The notes below the pieces were generated by a model, which worked only from the letters and a program-made list of their open reading frames with translations, had not been told where the DNA came from and made no database searches. A stretch of 64,000 nucleotides of DNA, taken from contig JAHRHZ010000002.1 in the NCBI GenBank assembly GCA_024137785.1, positions 636,841-700,840 on the forward strand, in the 5' to 3' direction. Below are positions 36,253-48,835 of this stretch, piece by piece (position 1 is the stretch's first letter; the number at the start of each line of letters is the position of its first letter). Position numbers and translations under genes: made by a program. Source of the stretch: Ginglymostoma cirratum (lineage: Eukaryota).

Positions 36253-37223
36253 CGCTTCCTTTAACAGACTGTAATGAACAGTTTGTGAGGAATCTTTTCC
36301 AAGGAACTGTGTTTCCTGTTCAGTTCAGACCAACCGATTCATGCGTTCTGTGAGCTGCCTCCTGTGTTGTGTGAAAATGTAAGCTGAATGATACACAAGT
36401 ATCTTTAAGGGCTGCTGCACAGACCAGGTCCTCTGCAGATACAGGAAACCGCAAATGCTATCAGTTGCAACTCGTGTGCTCAGGCAAAATCTAAACAGGG
36501 CTAAGTTTGGTGGAGAGACGTATGGGCCGAGAAGGTTGGCCCCTGAGAGGTGGCAGCAGCTAGGAGGACTGCTTTAACACAGAAGTGTAGATTAGGACTG
36601 GAATCTCTACAAGGTCCCAGAGTATGTGCAGTTATCATTTTTCACACTGAGAACCTGAGACTGGGGTGAAAGAGAGGGAGGAGCTGCTATTATGGAACCC
36701 AGGTTAAAATTTGTCTTCCCCACTCAATTCACTTTCAATCTAAAAGAGGTGGGAGTGACTGTATATCCACGAAGGGCTGGCCTGAGAATAGGTCAGAGAG
36801 CGGCTGAGCTGGGTCCTGGGATCTTCCTGCAGCTGAGTGAGTTTGAGCCTCAGGAAAGACTTCATTCCAGAGGGGACCCAGACTGAGACATAACCGGTCC
36901 ACAAAGTGAGGAGTCTGAGCCCAAGGGGGAGGGAGAGAGAGGGAGCAGGGTGAATGGTGGAGGTGGTGGGGCTGTGAACAAGGGAATGGGTAAGGGAGAG
37001 CCAAAGGCGAGTGAAGAAAGAGCAATAGTTGGAAGGAGGAGATGGGGGCTGGACGAGGCCAATGGGCAGTGATGGAAGGGCACAAAGGTTAAAGAAGAGA
37101 ATAACAAGGCCTTTCTGAAGGACAGTCACTGGACCCAAAACGTTAACTCTGCTTTCTCTGCACTGATGATGCCAGATCCTGCTGCATTTTTCCAGTAATT
37201 CTCTGATTTCCAGCATCCGCAGT

Positions 37224-37511
37224 TTAGAATCCCTGCAGTGTGGAAACAGGCCCTTCAGCCCAACAAGTCCACACCGAACCTCAGAGCATCCCACCCAGAC
37301 ACATCCCCCTACAACCCACCTAATCTACACCTCCCTGAACACGACGGGCAATTTAGCACGGCCAATCAACCTAACCTACACATTTTTGGACTGTGGGGGA
37401 AAACGGAGCACCCGGAGGAAACCCACGCAGACACGGGGAGAATGTGCAAACTACACACAGACAGTCACCTGAGGCTGGAATCGAACCTGGGTCTCTAGTG
37501 CTGTGAGGCAC
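37224..37511 (-). mobile_element. HE1-type V-SINE, slightly 5'-truncated
   Basis: Minus: B box GGTTCGATTCC, V-domain TTTGCACATTCTCCCCGTGTCTGCGTGGGTTTCCTCCGGGTGCTCCG, CR1-like tail GAAGGGCCTGTTTCCACACTGCAGGGATTCTA. Confidence 0.9.
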
Positions 37512-38201
37512 TGAATTGACCTGAGTCTCTGTGGAGGTTTTAAACGACCTCAGTGAAGGGAAAGTTTTCTGGGCTTGGGGCTGTAATTCACTTAATGTTT
37601 GAGGAGATGGGCTGTCCCTCACTCCATCAAACACAAGAAGGCACTTCGAAAATCTGAGTACAAAACTGGGGAAGGGGGAACGAAGAAACTCAGCAGGTCT
37701 GGCAGCGTCTCTGTAGGGAAAACAGTGTTAACGTTTCGAGGCCAAGATGGCTCTTCTGTGGGACTGAAGTGGGCTGTCAAAATGAAGGAGTGGAACAAAC
37801 GATAAAGGTGCCTCAAAGCAAAAGGCAAAGGGTGTGTTTCCTGTGATTGGAAAAGATGTAGATGTGTTTTCTTTCCAGAAATGCAGCCAGACTGAGTTTC
37901 TCCAGAAATTTCTGATTTTTGTTCTGGCAGAGAGTATATGTTTATGGTGGCTGTTAGTAACAGAAAATGTGTAAAAAAAAAAATCCCAAAGAACTGCTGA
38001 TGCTGGAAATCAGGATCTAAAACAGAAACTGCTGGGAAAAGTCTGCAGTTCTGTCTGCGTCTGTGGAGAGAAAACAGAGTTCTGAAGAAGGGTCACTGGA
38101 CTTTGCTTTCTCTCCACAGATGCTACCAGACTAGCTGAAGTTTCCCAGAAATTGTGTCAGCTCTGTTTAGGTTAAACACATGTAAACAAGACATAGGGCT
38201 G

Positions 38202-38324
38202 AGATAACAAGGTGTGGAGCTGGATGAACACAGCAGGCCAAGCAGCATCATAGGAGCAGGAAAGCTTGACGTTTCGGGCCTAGACCCTTCATCAGAAATG
38301 GACATAGGGCAGAAATGGACAGAA
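38202..38324 (-). mobile_element. PLE-tail/hammerhead insertion with 14-bp TSD and stuttered junction
   Basis: AAGACATAGGGCTG at 38188-38201 and 38325-38338. Confidence 0.85.
38264..38299 (-). ncRNA. Minimal hammerhead ribozyme motif
   Basis: ATTT-CTGATGA-A-GGGT(CTAG)GCCC-GAAAC-GTC|AAGC. Confidence 0.7.
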
Positions 38325-40494
38325 AAGACATAGGGCTGGCAGAGTTATCAGTATTTACCTTCCAAAGTTGTTGAACTCAATGTTGAGGCCTGAAACTAGA
38401 AAACTAGAAAGTACCAAAAGGAAAACCAGGGACTTATCGTCCAGCTTGTAGTGGGTGTCACTGCAACACTGTAGTCCAGGTAAAGTGGTTGTGATTGGCG
38501 ACAAATCGGTCTCCAGAATAGCCAGGGTGGGGGGCAGCGTAAGAGTAAGAGGGTGCCACCCTCTTCTGTCTTTGACTGAGCAAGTGATTGATAGTTCTGT
38601 GAAAATGTCACTCGACTCGAAACATTAACTAATTCTTACAACAGATTTCTGAGCATTTCCAACAATTTCTGATTTGTTTGGAATTGACATCAAGCTTGTT
38701 GGAGTAAGTGTTTCATTTTCTCCATCTGTTCATTTAAGGGAATAGTCACTATATTCTTTGGACAGCAGTTGCAATAAGTGGGGTTTTATTTACAAGGGAC
38801 AATTACAAGTTGAAATCTCCACCTGATCTGCTGCTCAAAGTCTTCTACCTAACCCCTTACATTCACTCTCGAAAGCCTTAATCTTTTCCCTAACTACATC
38901 ATTCCCATCAATGTGTACAATAACTTTCGGTTTCTCACTTTTCCCCTTTAACAACATGCTTCAAACATTTTGAGATGCTCTTAATCCTGGGACCAGGAAA
39001 GCAACATATTCTAGAATCACACTCACTGCCGCAGAAGTTCTTGTCTGTACCCTTGACATTCTTTTAAATTTTATCAACCCCTGCCTAACATAAAATTTAT
39101 TCTTTGTGCCCTAGATCTGACTATCGCTTCCATTTTCCTCTGAGAGGCTATCCTTTTCAACATTACCCAAAACTGCGTATGAGAGCGAAATAGCCACAGG
39201 AGACTTCTGAACTACCTTCTTAGCTTTCCTGATGGTCATCCATCTGTCTGACTGATCCAGCTGTGTAATCACTTCTCTAAATCTACTAGCCATCTAACTC
39301 TGTGTATCTTGTTTGCCCTCAATGACTTTAAGCATAAAAAGCAGCTTACAATAGCACCTTATATCTAAAATAAACTACCTTTTGGTATTTAGGCATCACA
39401 TCAGGTGACAATAACCTGTATTATTGATTAGTTCTTGCAATAACTAAGATCATATTTCATTCTCAAATTCACTTTGACATTGGGCATCTTTTCACTGCAG
39501 TGATTGTTCCTTGGTCAGAACACTCCGATTGGACAAATAGAGATCGAGGGGCATGCCCATGTCAGTTTGAACACATTCTCGTGCATGCGGTGGAGTAATG
39601 GAGGGTCAAAAGAAATCATTGACTTGACCAAATCAAATCAGCCTGGAGAAAACAATCACTCTGAAGGGGAAGGGAAAATGTTTGTGAGAGAATCATGGAG
39701 AAAGGAGATGTGGAATTTTTTGGAAATCACAGTTAATTTTTGGCACATGGGGATCTGTGACTTTCTGGGTTGATCGAATGGAATCACTGCAGGGATCTAC
39801 AGGAATTACTAAGGATGACGTTTAGGAATAAAAGTGATCTCCAACAAGTTCTGCAACGTATATCCCATTATTGAGCTGCCAGATTAGCAACCGTTACTTT
39901 CTTATTCGTAAACCTTTCAGAATTGATTAACAATAGATTCACCATTTAAGAAAATCCAAATATGACAATGTTCGTGGATTCTGAAAATTGACCTATAAAC
40001 AAAGGACAAAAATAATTATCCATTTTGAAAATACAGAATCTGAATAATACAGATTAATGAACAAAAACAAATTCGTGGGAAAACACAGCATGTCTGGCAG
40101 CATTTGTGGAGGGAAAACAAAGTTAAAACTTCAGGTCCCGTGACACTTCTGCAGAACTTAGTTCTCCATGAGCTATGTAAGAGTGTGCGAAACTTCCACA
40201 AGTCTGAGACGTAAAATCCATGGTGCACATGTTTCCTGCCATGCTCTGTAGCTGGAGACCAAACCAGCCAGGGATTTAGCTCCAAGCCCAGAGCTCAAAC
40301 CCCTCACCTTGCTGCTGAACTTACTGAGAAAGTCAAAAGGACACATTGATTATAAAACCTCATCAACGGATTGTTAGTTTTTAATAAGCCACTAACATGG
40401 GAATGTTATTTATCCGGTGGGATGACAATAGACAGTGGACGCTGACTATGTCTCTATAAAAGCTGTGTCCGCAACTTCCACATCATAGTGACCA

Positions 40495-41410
40495 TGAGAG
40501 CTGGGTTTCACACAAAACAATCCAAATACCACCAGACACACATTTCACTCCCCTCCCTTGTCCACGTTCCACAGGGACCGTTCCCTCCGGGACACCCTGG
40601 TACACACTTCCTTCACCCCCAACACCTCCCCACAGCCCGACGGCACCCTTCCCCTGTAACTGGCAACGATGCAACACCTGCCCATTTACCTCCTCCCTCC
40701 TCAGTATCCAAGGGCCCAAACATACCTTCCAGGTAAAGCAACACTTCACCTACACTTCCCAGAATCTGGTCTACTGCATTTGCTGCTCACAATGTGGTCT
40801 CCTCTACATTGGGGAAACGAAGCGTAGACTGGGTGACCACTTCGCAGAAAATCTACATTCTGCTCGTAATAAAGACCCTGAGCTACCTGTTGCCTGCCAC
40901 TTTAACGCACCACCCTGCTCCCTGGCCAACATCTCTGTCTCTGGCTTGTTGTAGTGTTCCAGCAAAGCCCAATGCAAACCGGAGGAACAACACTTCATTT
41001 CCCACTTGTGGACCCCACAGCCCTCTGGACTCAATATTGAGTTAAACAATTTTAGGGCTTAAACTTTCCCATGTCCCAGCCCCCCACACACCATGCCTTG
41101 TTACCACATAGCGTGCCATTACACACCCTCTGTCGTTAGTCACGAACAGCCCCTATTAACAACTACTCACCCTCCCACCCTGATCGTTAGCAACTCCTTT
41201 GTCTGTCCAGCTGTCTTTCCCTCTCTTTGGGCTCTATCCTATCGTTTACTCCCTACCCCACCCACCTCCCTATTTTCTGCATATAAACTGACATTTTCCC
41301 AGCCACTATCAGTTCGGATGAAGGACCACCGGACCCGAAACGTTAACTCTAATTTTCTCTTCACAGATGCTGCCAGATCTGCTGAGCTTTTCCAGCAACG
41401 TTGTTTTTGT
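40495..41410 (+). mobile_element. Neptune-type PLE (second family), GIY-YIG end and tail with hammerhead variant at 41311-41348
   Basis: PCNWQRCNTCPF..NLVYCICCSQCGLLYIGETKRRLGDHF..VACHFN..GLNIE; tail AGTT-CGGATGA-..GACCC-GAAAC-GTT-AACT. Confidence 0.85.
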
Positions 41411-41523
41411 TCCAAATATTCATTCCTTTCACACAAGAATATTCCAGTAATTAGTGTTAAAATGACTTTTTTAGACAGTAATATCCCTAAATATCAACAT
41501 TTATCAGGTGTGTTCCAAAATCT

Positions 41524-41970
41524 TGTGAAAATCCACCATCTCCAGAAATAGCTGGGACATTGCAGCAAAAACTCACTTGTTTGAGAGATTTTCTCTGGAA
41601 GTGCCTTCCTATGTTTGATGGAAAGAGGGACAGCCCATCTCTTCAAATATTAATTGAATTACAGCCCCAAGCCCGGAAAGCTCCACCTCCACTTGGGTTG
41701 TTTAAAACCTCTGTAGGGACTCAGCTCAATGCATCCAAACCCCTCGCAATCCCGCTCTGAACCACATTACCCATGCTGCACGTGGGGACCACGCCGACAC
41801 TGAGCGGAAACCCGTAGGTGGTGTGGGGAAAGGCTACTGCTGGTATCAGAGGGTCACGCCTGCAAATGGCAACCCCTGGTGGCGGAAACTGGGATCGCAG
41901 GCTCTTCACCTGTCGAAAATGACCCATCTGTACTCCTTCCCCCAATTGGATGCTTGGAGGGCACATGACA
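41524..41970. mobile_element. Possible solo LTR
   Basis: TG...CA termini, flanks AATCT/AATAT (4 of 5 match); 41587-41730 recurs inverted at 37513-37655. Confidence 0.4.
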
Positions 41971-41974
41971 AATA

Positions 41975-42070
41975 TTTTCTGATGAAGGGTTTAGGCTCGA
42001 AACGTCAAGTTTTCCTGCTCCTATGATGCTGCTTGACCTGCTGTGTTCATCCAGCCCCATGCTTGTTATC
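41975..42070 (+). mobile_element. PLE-tail element with hammerhead motif (41975-42010)
   Basis: TTTT-CTGATGA-A-GGGT(TTAG)GCTC-GAAAC-GTC|AAGT followed by the standard tail to CTTGTTATC. Confidence 0.85.
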
Positions 42071-42627
42071 ATGGATCCCTCAATTACCATTACAAAACAG
42101 TATCGTTTAGTCATGATCACATTCCAGTTTATCGGACCTGAATGTGCACACATTAATTGCCTTGATTCCTTTATTACAACAGTGACCACATATCAACTTG
42201 AACATTATTCACTGTAACTTGAGTTTTGGTGCCCTGTTAAAGTTGATATGTAAATTCAAATCTCTCTTTCGTATGGAAGGCTTCCTATGAACTGCCATTT
42301 ATTAACCCACTGATAGACAAAGCAGGAGGTGGTGGTGCAGTAGATAGGGTCCTTGTCTCTGAGTCAGAGACTTGATGGTCAGCTCTTGACAACTATGAAG
42401 AAGTAGGGTTTTGGCTGGAAATGTTGACTTTCCAGTTCCTTGGATGCTGTCTGACCTGCTGCGCTTTTCCAGCCTCACACCTGTAGACTCCGATGACTAT
42501 GGATTGACTTCATAACAGGCAACGTGTAAATCCTTGCAATATGCTTATGTTGAGAGGCTGAGTCGATACAATGGAGAGAATTTGCTTTCTGTTCAGGGAG
42601 CTCTGTGAGTCTTTATGGGTGACCTTA

Positions 42628-42977
42628 GGGGAGGTGATGGCCTAGTGGTATTATCGCTGGACTAATTAATCCAGTGACCAGATACATTCTGGGGACCTAG
42701 TCTGAATCCCATCACAGCAGATGGTGGAATTTGAAATCACTAAATACCTGGAATTAAGACTCTAATGATGACCATGTGTCGATTGTCAGGAAAAACCAAT
42801 CTGGTTCAATAATGCCCTTTAGGGAAGGAAACTGCTATCCTTACCTGGTCTGGCTTACATGTGACTCCAGACCCACACAATGTGGTTGACTCTTAACTGC
42901 CTCTGGGCAATTAGGGATGGGCAATAAATGCCGCCTAGCCAGTGACACCGTCATCCTGTGAATTAACTTTTTAAAAA
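42628..42977 (+). mobile_element. Full-length tRNA-head bipartite SINE
   Basis: A box TGGCCTAGTGG 42638-42648; body AGGGAAGGAAACTGCTATCCTTACCTGGTCTGG; tail GGGCAATTAGGGATGGGCAATAAATG. Confidence 0.9.
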
Positions 42978-43534
42978 TACTATATCGATGCTATTCCATA
43001 AAACTCCAGCAAGGTCTGCCACTGCTGTATTAAATGTAATGAAGTCATTTATGCAACAAAGCAATTTTGTCTTTTCAATATGAGAAAGCTGACGAAAATA
43101 AGCACCATTTTAAAATCAATTATAAATGCAAAAACAAGAGAAACTCATTTCAATCTTATAACTATGACTATATTAAACTATTCCAACTGCTTCCCCTGTG
43201 TATGGGACATAACTGAAATAAACTATTAGATGTGATCCCTCCAACAAGATTGAGAGATAAAGGAAAAATAGACATAGAAGGGACAGACTGAGCAGAGAGT
43301 GGTAGCAGCAATTTCCTCTATTCTCTTCCTCCTTCTCCGACCTCTGCTTCCTTCCTTCACTCTCACTATTCCTTACACATTGTCTTGATTTCTACCTATT
43401 CTTTCGCAATCCCCTCTCTGTCTCTTTCGTGCTCTCTATCTCTCCTCCTCCAGCATTACAAAGGTTGAAGGCTTAGAGATTGAATTTAAAATGGTGGACA
43501 TCCTAAAATTTAAAAGTGGAAATTCGATTGAATT

Positions 43535-44800
43535 TTTAAAAAATCATTCATGGGATGTGGACATCAAGATCAAGACCCAGCATTTATAACCCATCTCGAA
43601 CTGCCGTTGAGAAGTTGGTGCTAAACTGCCATCTTGAACCGCTGCAGTCCATGTGTAGGTACACCCACAATGCTGTTAGACATGGAGTTTCAAAATTTTA
43701 TCTCAGCAACACTAAAAGAACAGTAATATATTTCCAAATCAGCATGATGAGTGGCCTGGAGAGAAACCTGTTGGTGGTGACTTTCTCATCTAGCTGCTGC
43801 CCTTGTCCTTTTAGATAGGAGTGACCATGAGTTTGGAGGCTGCTGCCTCAGGATCTTTGGTGAATTTCTGAAGTGTATCTTGTAGATAGTACACAATTAC
43901 TAGTGAGGTCAGTGATGGAAGGATTGCATGTTCGCTGATGTGGTGCCAATCAAGAGGCGAATATTCCATCATACTCCTGACAATACCTCTGATGGTGGAT
44001 AGGCTTCAGACAGTCAGGAGGTGTTTTATTCACTGCAGGATTCCTAACCTCTGTTCTGCTCTTGTAGACACTTTCTTTATAGGGCTGGTCTGGCTTAGTT
44101 CATAGTCAATAATAATCTCCAGGATGTTAGTAATGTGGGATTCAGTTACAGTAACAATATTGAATTAGGGAAATCATTAGATCCTCTTCTTATGGAGAAT
44201 CATTGCTTGTTGCTTGTGTGGTGTGAATATTACTTGCCATTTCTCAGTCTAAGTCTACATATTGTCCAGGTCTTGCTGTATATGGATACCACCTGCCTCA
44301 GTACCTGAATAATCATGAATGTTGCTGAGCATTGTGCATTCATCAGCAAACTTCCCCTCTTCTAAGCTAATAACAGAGGAAAGGTCATTGACAAATCAGC
44401 TGAAGATGGTTGTGCCAAGGACACTACCCTGAGGAACTGTTGCAGAGATGTCCTGGAAGACAGATGATTGACTTTCAACAACCACAAGTATCTTCCTTTG
44501 TGTTAGGTATGGCTCCAAACAACAGTAAGTTTTCCCATGATTCCATTGACTCAAGTTCTGCTAGGGCTCTTTGCACTATACCTGGTCAAATGTGGCTTTG
44601 ATGTTAAGCGCAGTCACTTTAGCCTCACCTCTGGAATTCAGCTCTTTTATCCATGTTTGAACCAAGTCTGTAATGAAATCAGGAGCTGAATGGCCCTGGC
44701 AGAACCCAAACTGGGTGTCACTGAGCAGGTTATTGCTAAGCAGGTGCTGCTTGATAGCACTGCTGATGACACCTTCCATCACTTTACTGTTTATCAAGAG
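43535..44800 (-). mobile_element. APE-RT LINE family, RT and 3' end
   Basis: SKVMEGVISSAIKQHLLSNNLLSDTQFGFCQGHSAPDFITDLVQTW..VTALNIKATFDQV; 3' end CCACATCCCATGAATGA shared with the SINE tail. Confidence 0.85.
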
Positions 44801-44922
44801 TACACTGATTATGGCAGTAATATAATTATGACTATATTAGAGAATTTTAACTCTTTTTTTGTGATTATGTGATACAATTGAAATAAACCATCACACTTAG
44901 GCCTGCAGTTTTCCTGAAATAA

Positions 44923-45792
44923 TTGTTGGCCACAGCATGTAGCTGTATGATGTGGGAGCTGGCTGATCCCATTGTGAATGGCAGCGACCACATCTGCAGC
45001 AAGTGTTGGTTGCTGGAAGAACTCCGGATCAGAATTAATAATCTGGAGTCTGAGCTTCAAACTCTGCGGCACATCCGGGAGGAGAAGAGTTACCTGGACA
45101 CTTTGTTTCAGGAGGCAGTCACACCCAGTAGATTAGGTAATTCAAATTCAATAAGTGTTCAGGGACAACAGGGTATGACTGTAAGTGAGGCAAGTAGGGG
45201 GATTCTGAGTTCAGGAGTGCAGGAGCCGCAGCCCTTGACCTTGTCCAACAGGTATGAGATTCTTGCTCCCTGTACGGATGAGGGAAAGGGCTGTGGACAG
45301 GATGAGCCAGCTGACCACAGCACCATGGTGCAGAAGGCCATTCAAGAGGGGGGAGCAAAAAGACAAGTAGTTGTTATAGGGGATTCTATAATTAGGGGGA
45401 CAGATAGTATCCTATGCAGGCCGGATTGGGAGTCCCGCATGGTGTGTTGCCTGCCCGGTGCCAGGGTGCAGGACATCTCCGACCGGCTTGAAAAGATATT
45501 GGAGCGGGAGGGAGAGGATCCAGTTGTTGTGGTCCACATTGGGACTAACGACATAGGCAAAGGTAGGGTAGAGGACCTGTTCAGGGATTATCAAGCACGA
45601 GGAAGGAAATTGAAGTACAGGTCCTCAAGGGTCACAATCTCCAGATTACTGCCCAAGCCACGTGCCAATTGGCATAGGGATAAGAAAGTTAGGGAAGTAA
45701 ACACGTGGCTAAGGGATTGGTGTGGGAAAGAGGGAGTCCATTTCAGTTTTGGAACCGGGGGGATCTGTACCGTTGGGACGGTCTCCACCTGA
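44923..45792 (+). CDS. CR1 ORF1 (Cys-rich N-terminus, coiled coil, SGNH/GDSL esterase-like domain); frameshifted near the C-terminus
   Basis: CSCMMWE..HICSKC; LEELRIRINNLESEL; VVVIGDSIIRG; CLPGA; HIGTND. Confidence 0.8.
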   Translation: MLATACSCMMWELADPIVNGSDHICSKCWLLEELRIRINNLESELQTLRHIREEKSYLDTLFQEAVTPSRLGNSNSISVQGQQGMTVSEASRGILSSGVQEPQPLTLSNRYEILAPCTDEGKGCGQDEPADHSTMVQKAIQEGGAKRQVVVIGDSIIRGTDSILCRPDWESRMVCCLPGARVQDISDRLEKILEREGEDPVVVVHIGTNDIGKGRVEDLFRDYQARGRKLKYRSSRVTISRLLPKPRANWHRDKKVREVNTWLRDWCGKEGVHFSFGTGGICTVGTVST

Positions 45793-45877
45793 ACCAATCT
45801 GGAACCAGTGTTCTAGCGAAAAGATTAAATAGGGTGGTCAGTAGGACTTCAAACTTCTGAGTTGGGGGGAAGGGAAA

Positions 45878-48835
45878 GTGACAGGGTGTATGGAGTTAAA
45901 TGGAAAGATAAGCAGCAGGATAGCATGTGAGCAGGTGGGTTTAAGCTCGAGGCAGACGAGGAGTGCAGCAAAAAGGAAGGATAACTTAGGAAATCTTATG
46001 ATTTCCAATATCTCTAATAATGATAAGAAAGTTAGCATTAAGGTACTTTACCTAAATGCTCGTAGTATTCGTAACACAGTGGATGAATTAGCGGCACAAA
46101 TCATCTTGAATGATTATGATGTGGTAGGCATCACAGAGACATGGTTGCAGGGGGTTCAGGACTGGCAGTTAAACATCCAAGGATTTACAACTTATCGAAA
46201 AGACAGGGAGGTGGGCAGAGGGGGTGGGGTTGCCTTGTTAGTTAAGAATGAAATTAAATCAATAGCACTGAATGACATAGGGTCAGATGATGCGGAGTCT
46301 GTGTGGGTGGAGTTGAGGAACCACAAAGGCAAAAAAACCATAATGGGAGTTATGTACAGACCTCCTAACAGTGGTCAGGACCAGGGGTGCAAGATGCACC
46401 AGGAAATAGATAGGGCATGTCAGAAAGGCAAGGTCACGGTGATCATGGGGGACTTCAATATGCAGGTGGACTGGGTGAATAATATTGCCGGTGGATCCAA
46501 AGAAAGGGAATTCATGGAATGCCTACAGGATGGCGTTTTGGAACAGCTTGTGATGGAGCCCACAAGGGAGCAGGCTATTCTGGACTTAGTGCTACGTAAT
46601 GAGCCAGACTTTATAAAAGACCTTAAAGTAAGGGAACACTTAGGAGGCAACGATCATAATATGGTAGAGTTCAGTCTGCAGTTTGAAAGAGAGAAGGCAA
46701 AATCGGATGTAATGGTGTTACAGTTAAATAAAGGTAATTACAGGGGCATGAGAGAGGAACTGACGAAAATCGACTGGAAGCAGAGCCTAGCGGGGAAGAC
46801 AGGAGAGCAACAATGGCAGGAGTTTCTGGGTGTAATTGAGGACACAATACAGAGGTTCAAATCAAAGAAAAGAAAGATTATCCGGGGGAAGATTAGACAG
46901 CCATGGCTGACAAAGGAAGTCAAGAAATGTATCAAAGAAAAAGAGACAGCCTATATAGTGGCCAAGAGCACTGGGAAATCAGAAGATTGGGAAAAGTACA
47001 AAAACAAACAGAGGATAACAAAGAGAGAAATAAGGAAGGAGAGGATCAAATATGAAGGTAGGCTAGCCAGTAATATTAGAAATGATCGTAAAAGTTTCTT
47101 TCAATATATAAGAAACAAACAAGAGGCAAAAGTAGACATTGGGCCGCTCCAAATTGATGCTGGAAGGCTAGTGATGGGAGATAAGGAAATAGCTGAAGAA
47201 CTTAATAAGTATTCTGCGTCAGTCTTCACAGTGGAAGACATGAGTAATATCCCAACAATTAAGGAGACTCAGGGGGCAGAGTTGAGTATGGTAGGCATTA
47301 CAAAAGAGAAAGTGCTAGAAAGGCTAAAAGGTCTAAAAATTGATAAATCTCCTGGCCCCAGTGGGCTACATCCTAGAGTTCTGAGGGAGGTGGCTGAGGA
47401 AATAGTGGAGGCGTTGGTTGTGATCTTTCAAAAGTCACTGGAGTCAGGTGAAGTCCCAGAAGACTGGAAAATCGCTGTTGTAACCCCCTTGTTTAAGAAA
47501 GGATCAAGACAAAAGATGGAAAATTATAGGCCGATTAGCCGAACCTCGGTTGTTGGTAAAATTCTAGAATCCATCGTTAAGGATGAGATTTCTAAATTCT
47601 TGGAAGTGCAGGGTCGGATTAGAACAAGTCAGCATGGATTTAGTAAGGGGAGGTCGTGCCTGAAAAACCTGTTAGAATTCTTTGAAGAGGTAACAAGTAG
47701 GTTAGACCAGGGAAACCCAGTGGATGTTATCTATCTAGAGTTCCAAAAGGCCTTTGATAAGGTGCCTCATCAGAGGCTGCTGAGTAAGGTGAGGGCCCAT
47801 GGTGTTCGAGGTGAGTTACTGGCATGGATTGAGGATTGGCTGTCTGACAGAAGGCAGAGAGTTGGGATAAAAGGCTCTCTTTCGGAATGGCAACTGGTGA
47901 CAAGTGGTGTCCCGCAGGGTTCAGTGTTGGGGCCGCAGCTGTTCACTTCATATATTAATGATCTGGATGAAGGGACTGGGGGCATTCTGGCGAAGTTTGC
48001 CGATGATACGAAGTTAGGTGGACAGGCAGGTAGTACGGAGGAGGTGGGGAGGCTGCAGAATGATTTAGACAGTTTAGGAGAGTGGTCCAGGAAATGGCTG
48101 ATGAAATTCAACGTGAGCAAATGCGAGGTCTTGCACTTTGGAAAAAAGAATACAGGCATGGACTATATTCTGAATGGTGAGAAAATTCATAAAGCTGAAG
48201 TACAAAGGGATCTGGGAGTGCTTGTCCAGGATTCTCTTAAGGTTAACTTGCAGGTTGAGTCAGTGATTAAGAAAGCAAATGTAATTTTGTCATTTATCTC
48301 AAGAGGGTTGGAATATAAAAGCAGTGATGTGCTTCTGAGACTTTATAAAGCTCTAGTTAGGCCCCATTTAGAATACTGTGTCCAGTTTTGAGCCTCACAC
48401 CTCAGGAAGGACATACTGGCACTGGAGCGTGTCCAGCGGAGATTCACACGGATGATCCCTGGAATAGTAGGCCTAACATACGATGAACGGCTGAGGATCC
48501 TGGGATTGCATTCATTAGAGTTTAGAAGGTTGAGGGGAGATCTAATAGAAACTTACAAGATAATGCATGGCTTAGAAAGGGTGGATGCTGGGAAGTTATT
48601 TCCGTTAGTTGGGGAGAGTGGGACCCATGGGCACAGCCTTAGAATTAGAGGGGGTCAATTTAGAACGGAAATGAGGAGACAGTTCTTCAGCCAGAGAGTG
48701 GTGGGCCTGTGGAATTCATTGCCACGGAGCGCAGTGGAGGCAGGGATGTTAAATGTCTTCAAGGCAGAGATCGATAAATTCTTGATCTCGCAAGGAATCA
48801 AGGGCTACGGGGAGAGTGCGGGTAAGTGGAGTTGA
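45878..48835 (+). pseudogene. CR1 ORF2 (APE endonuclease + RT) with one premature stop
   Basis: LYLNARS, GITETWL, YRPP, MGDFN, DHN; YRPIS, QHGF, AFDKVPH, GVPQGSVLGP, KFADD; TGA at 48389-48391 replaces the W of CVQFW and the frame continues to 48835. Confidence 0.9.

Noticed and set aside
40308-40363. MRFYNQCVLLTFSVSSAA-AG|GTGAG as the MHC leader exon
   Set aside because: Donor is phase 2, incompatible with exon 2; 36201-36252 gives a better signal peptide in phase 1
42628-42720. tRNA genes at SINE heads (also 35500-35601, 37470-37511)
   Set aside because: No full cloverleaf; continuous with SINE bodies and tails
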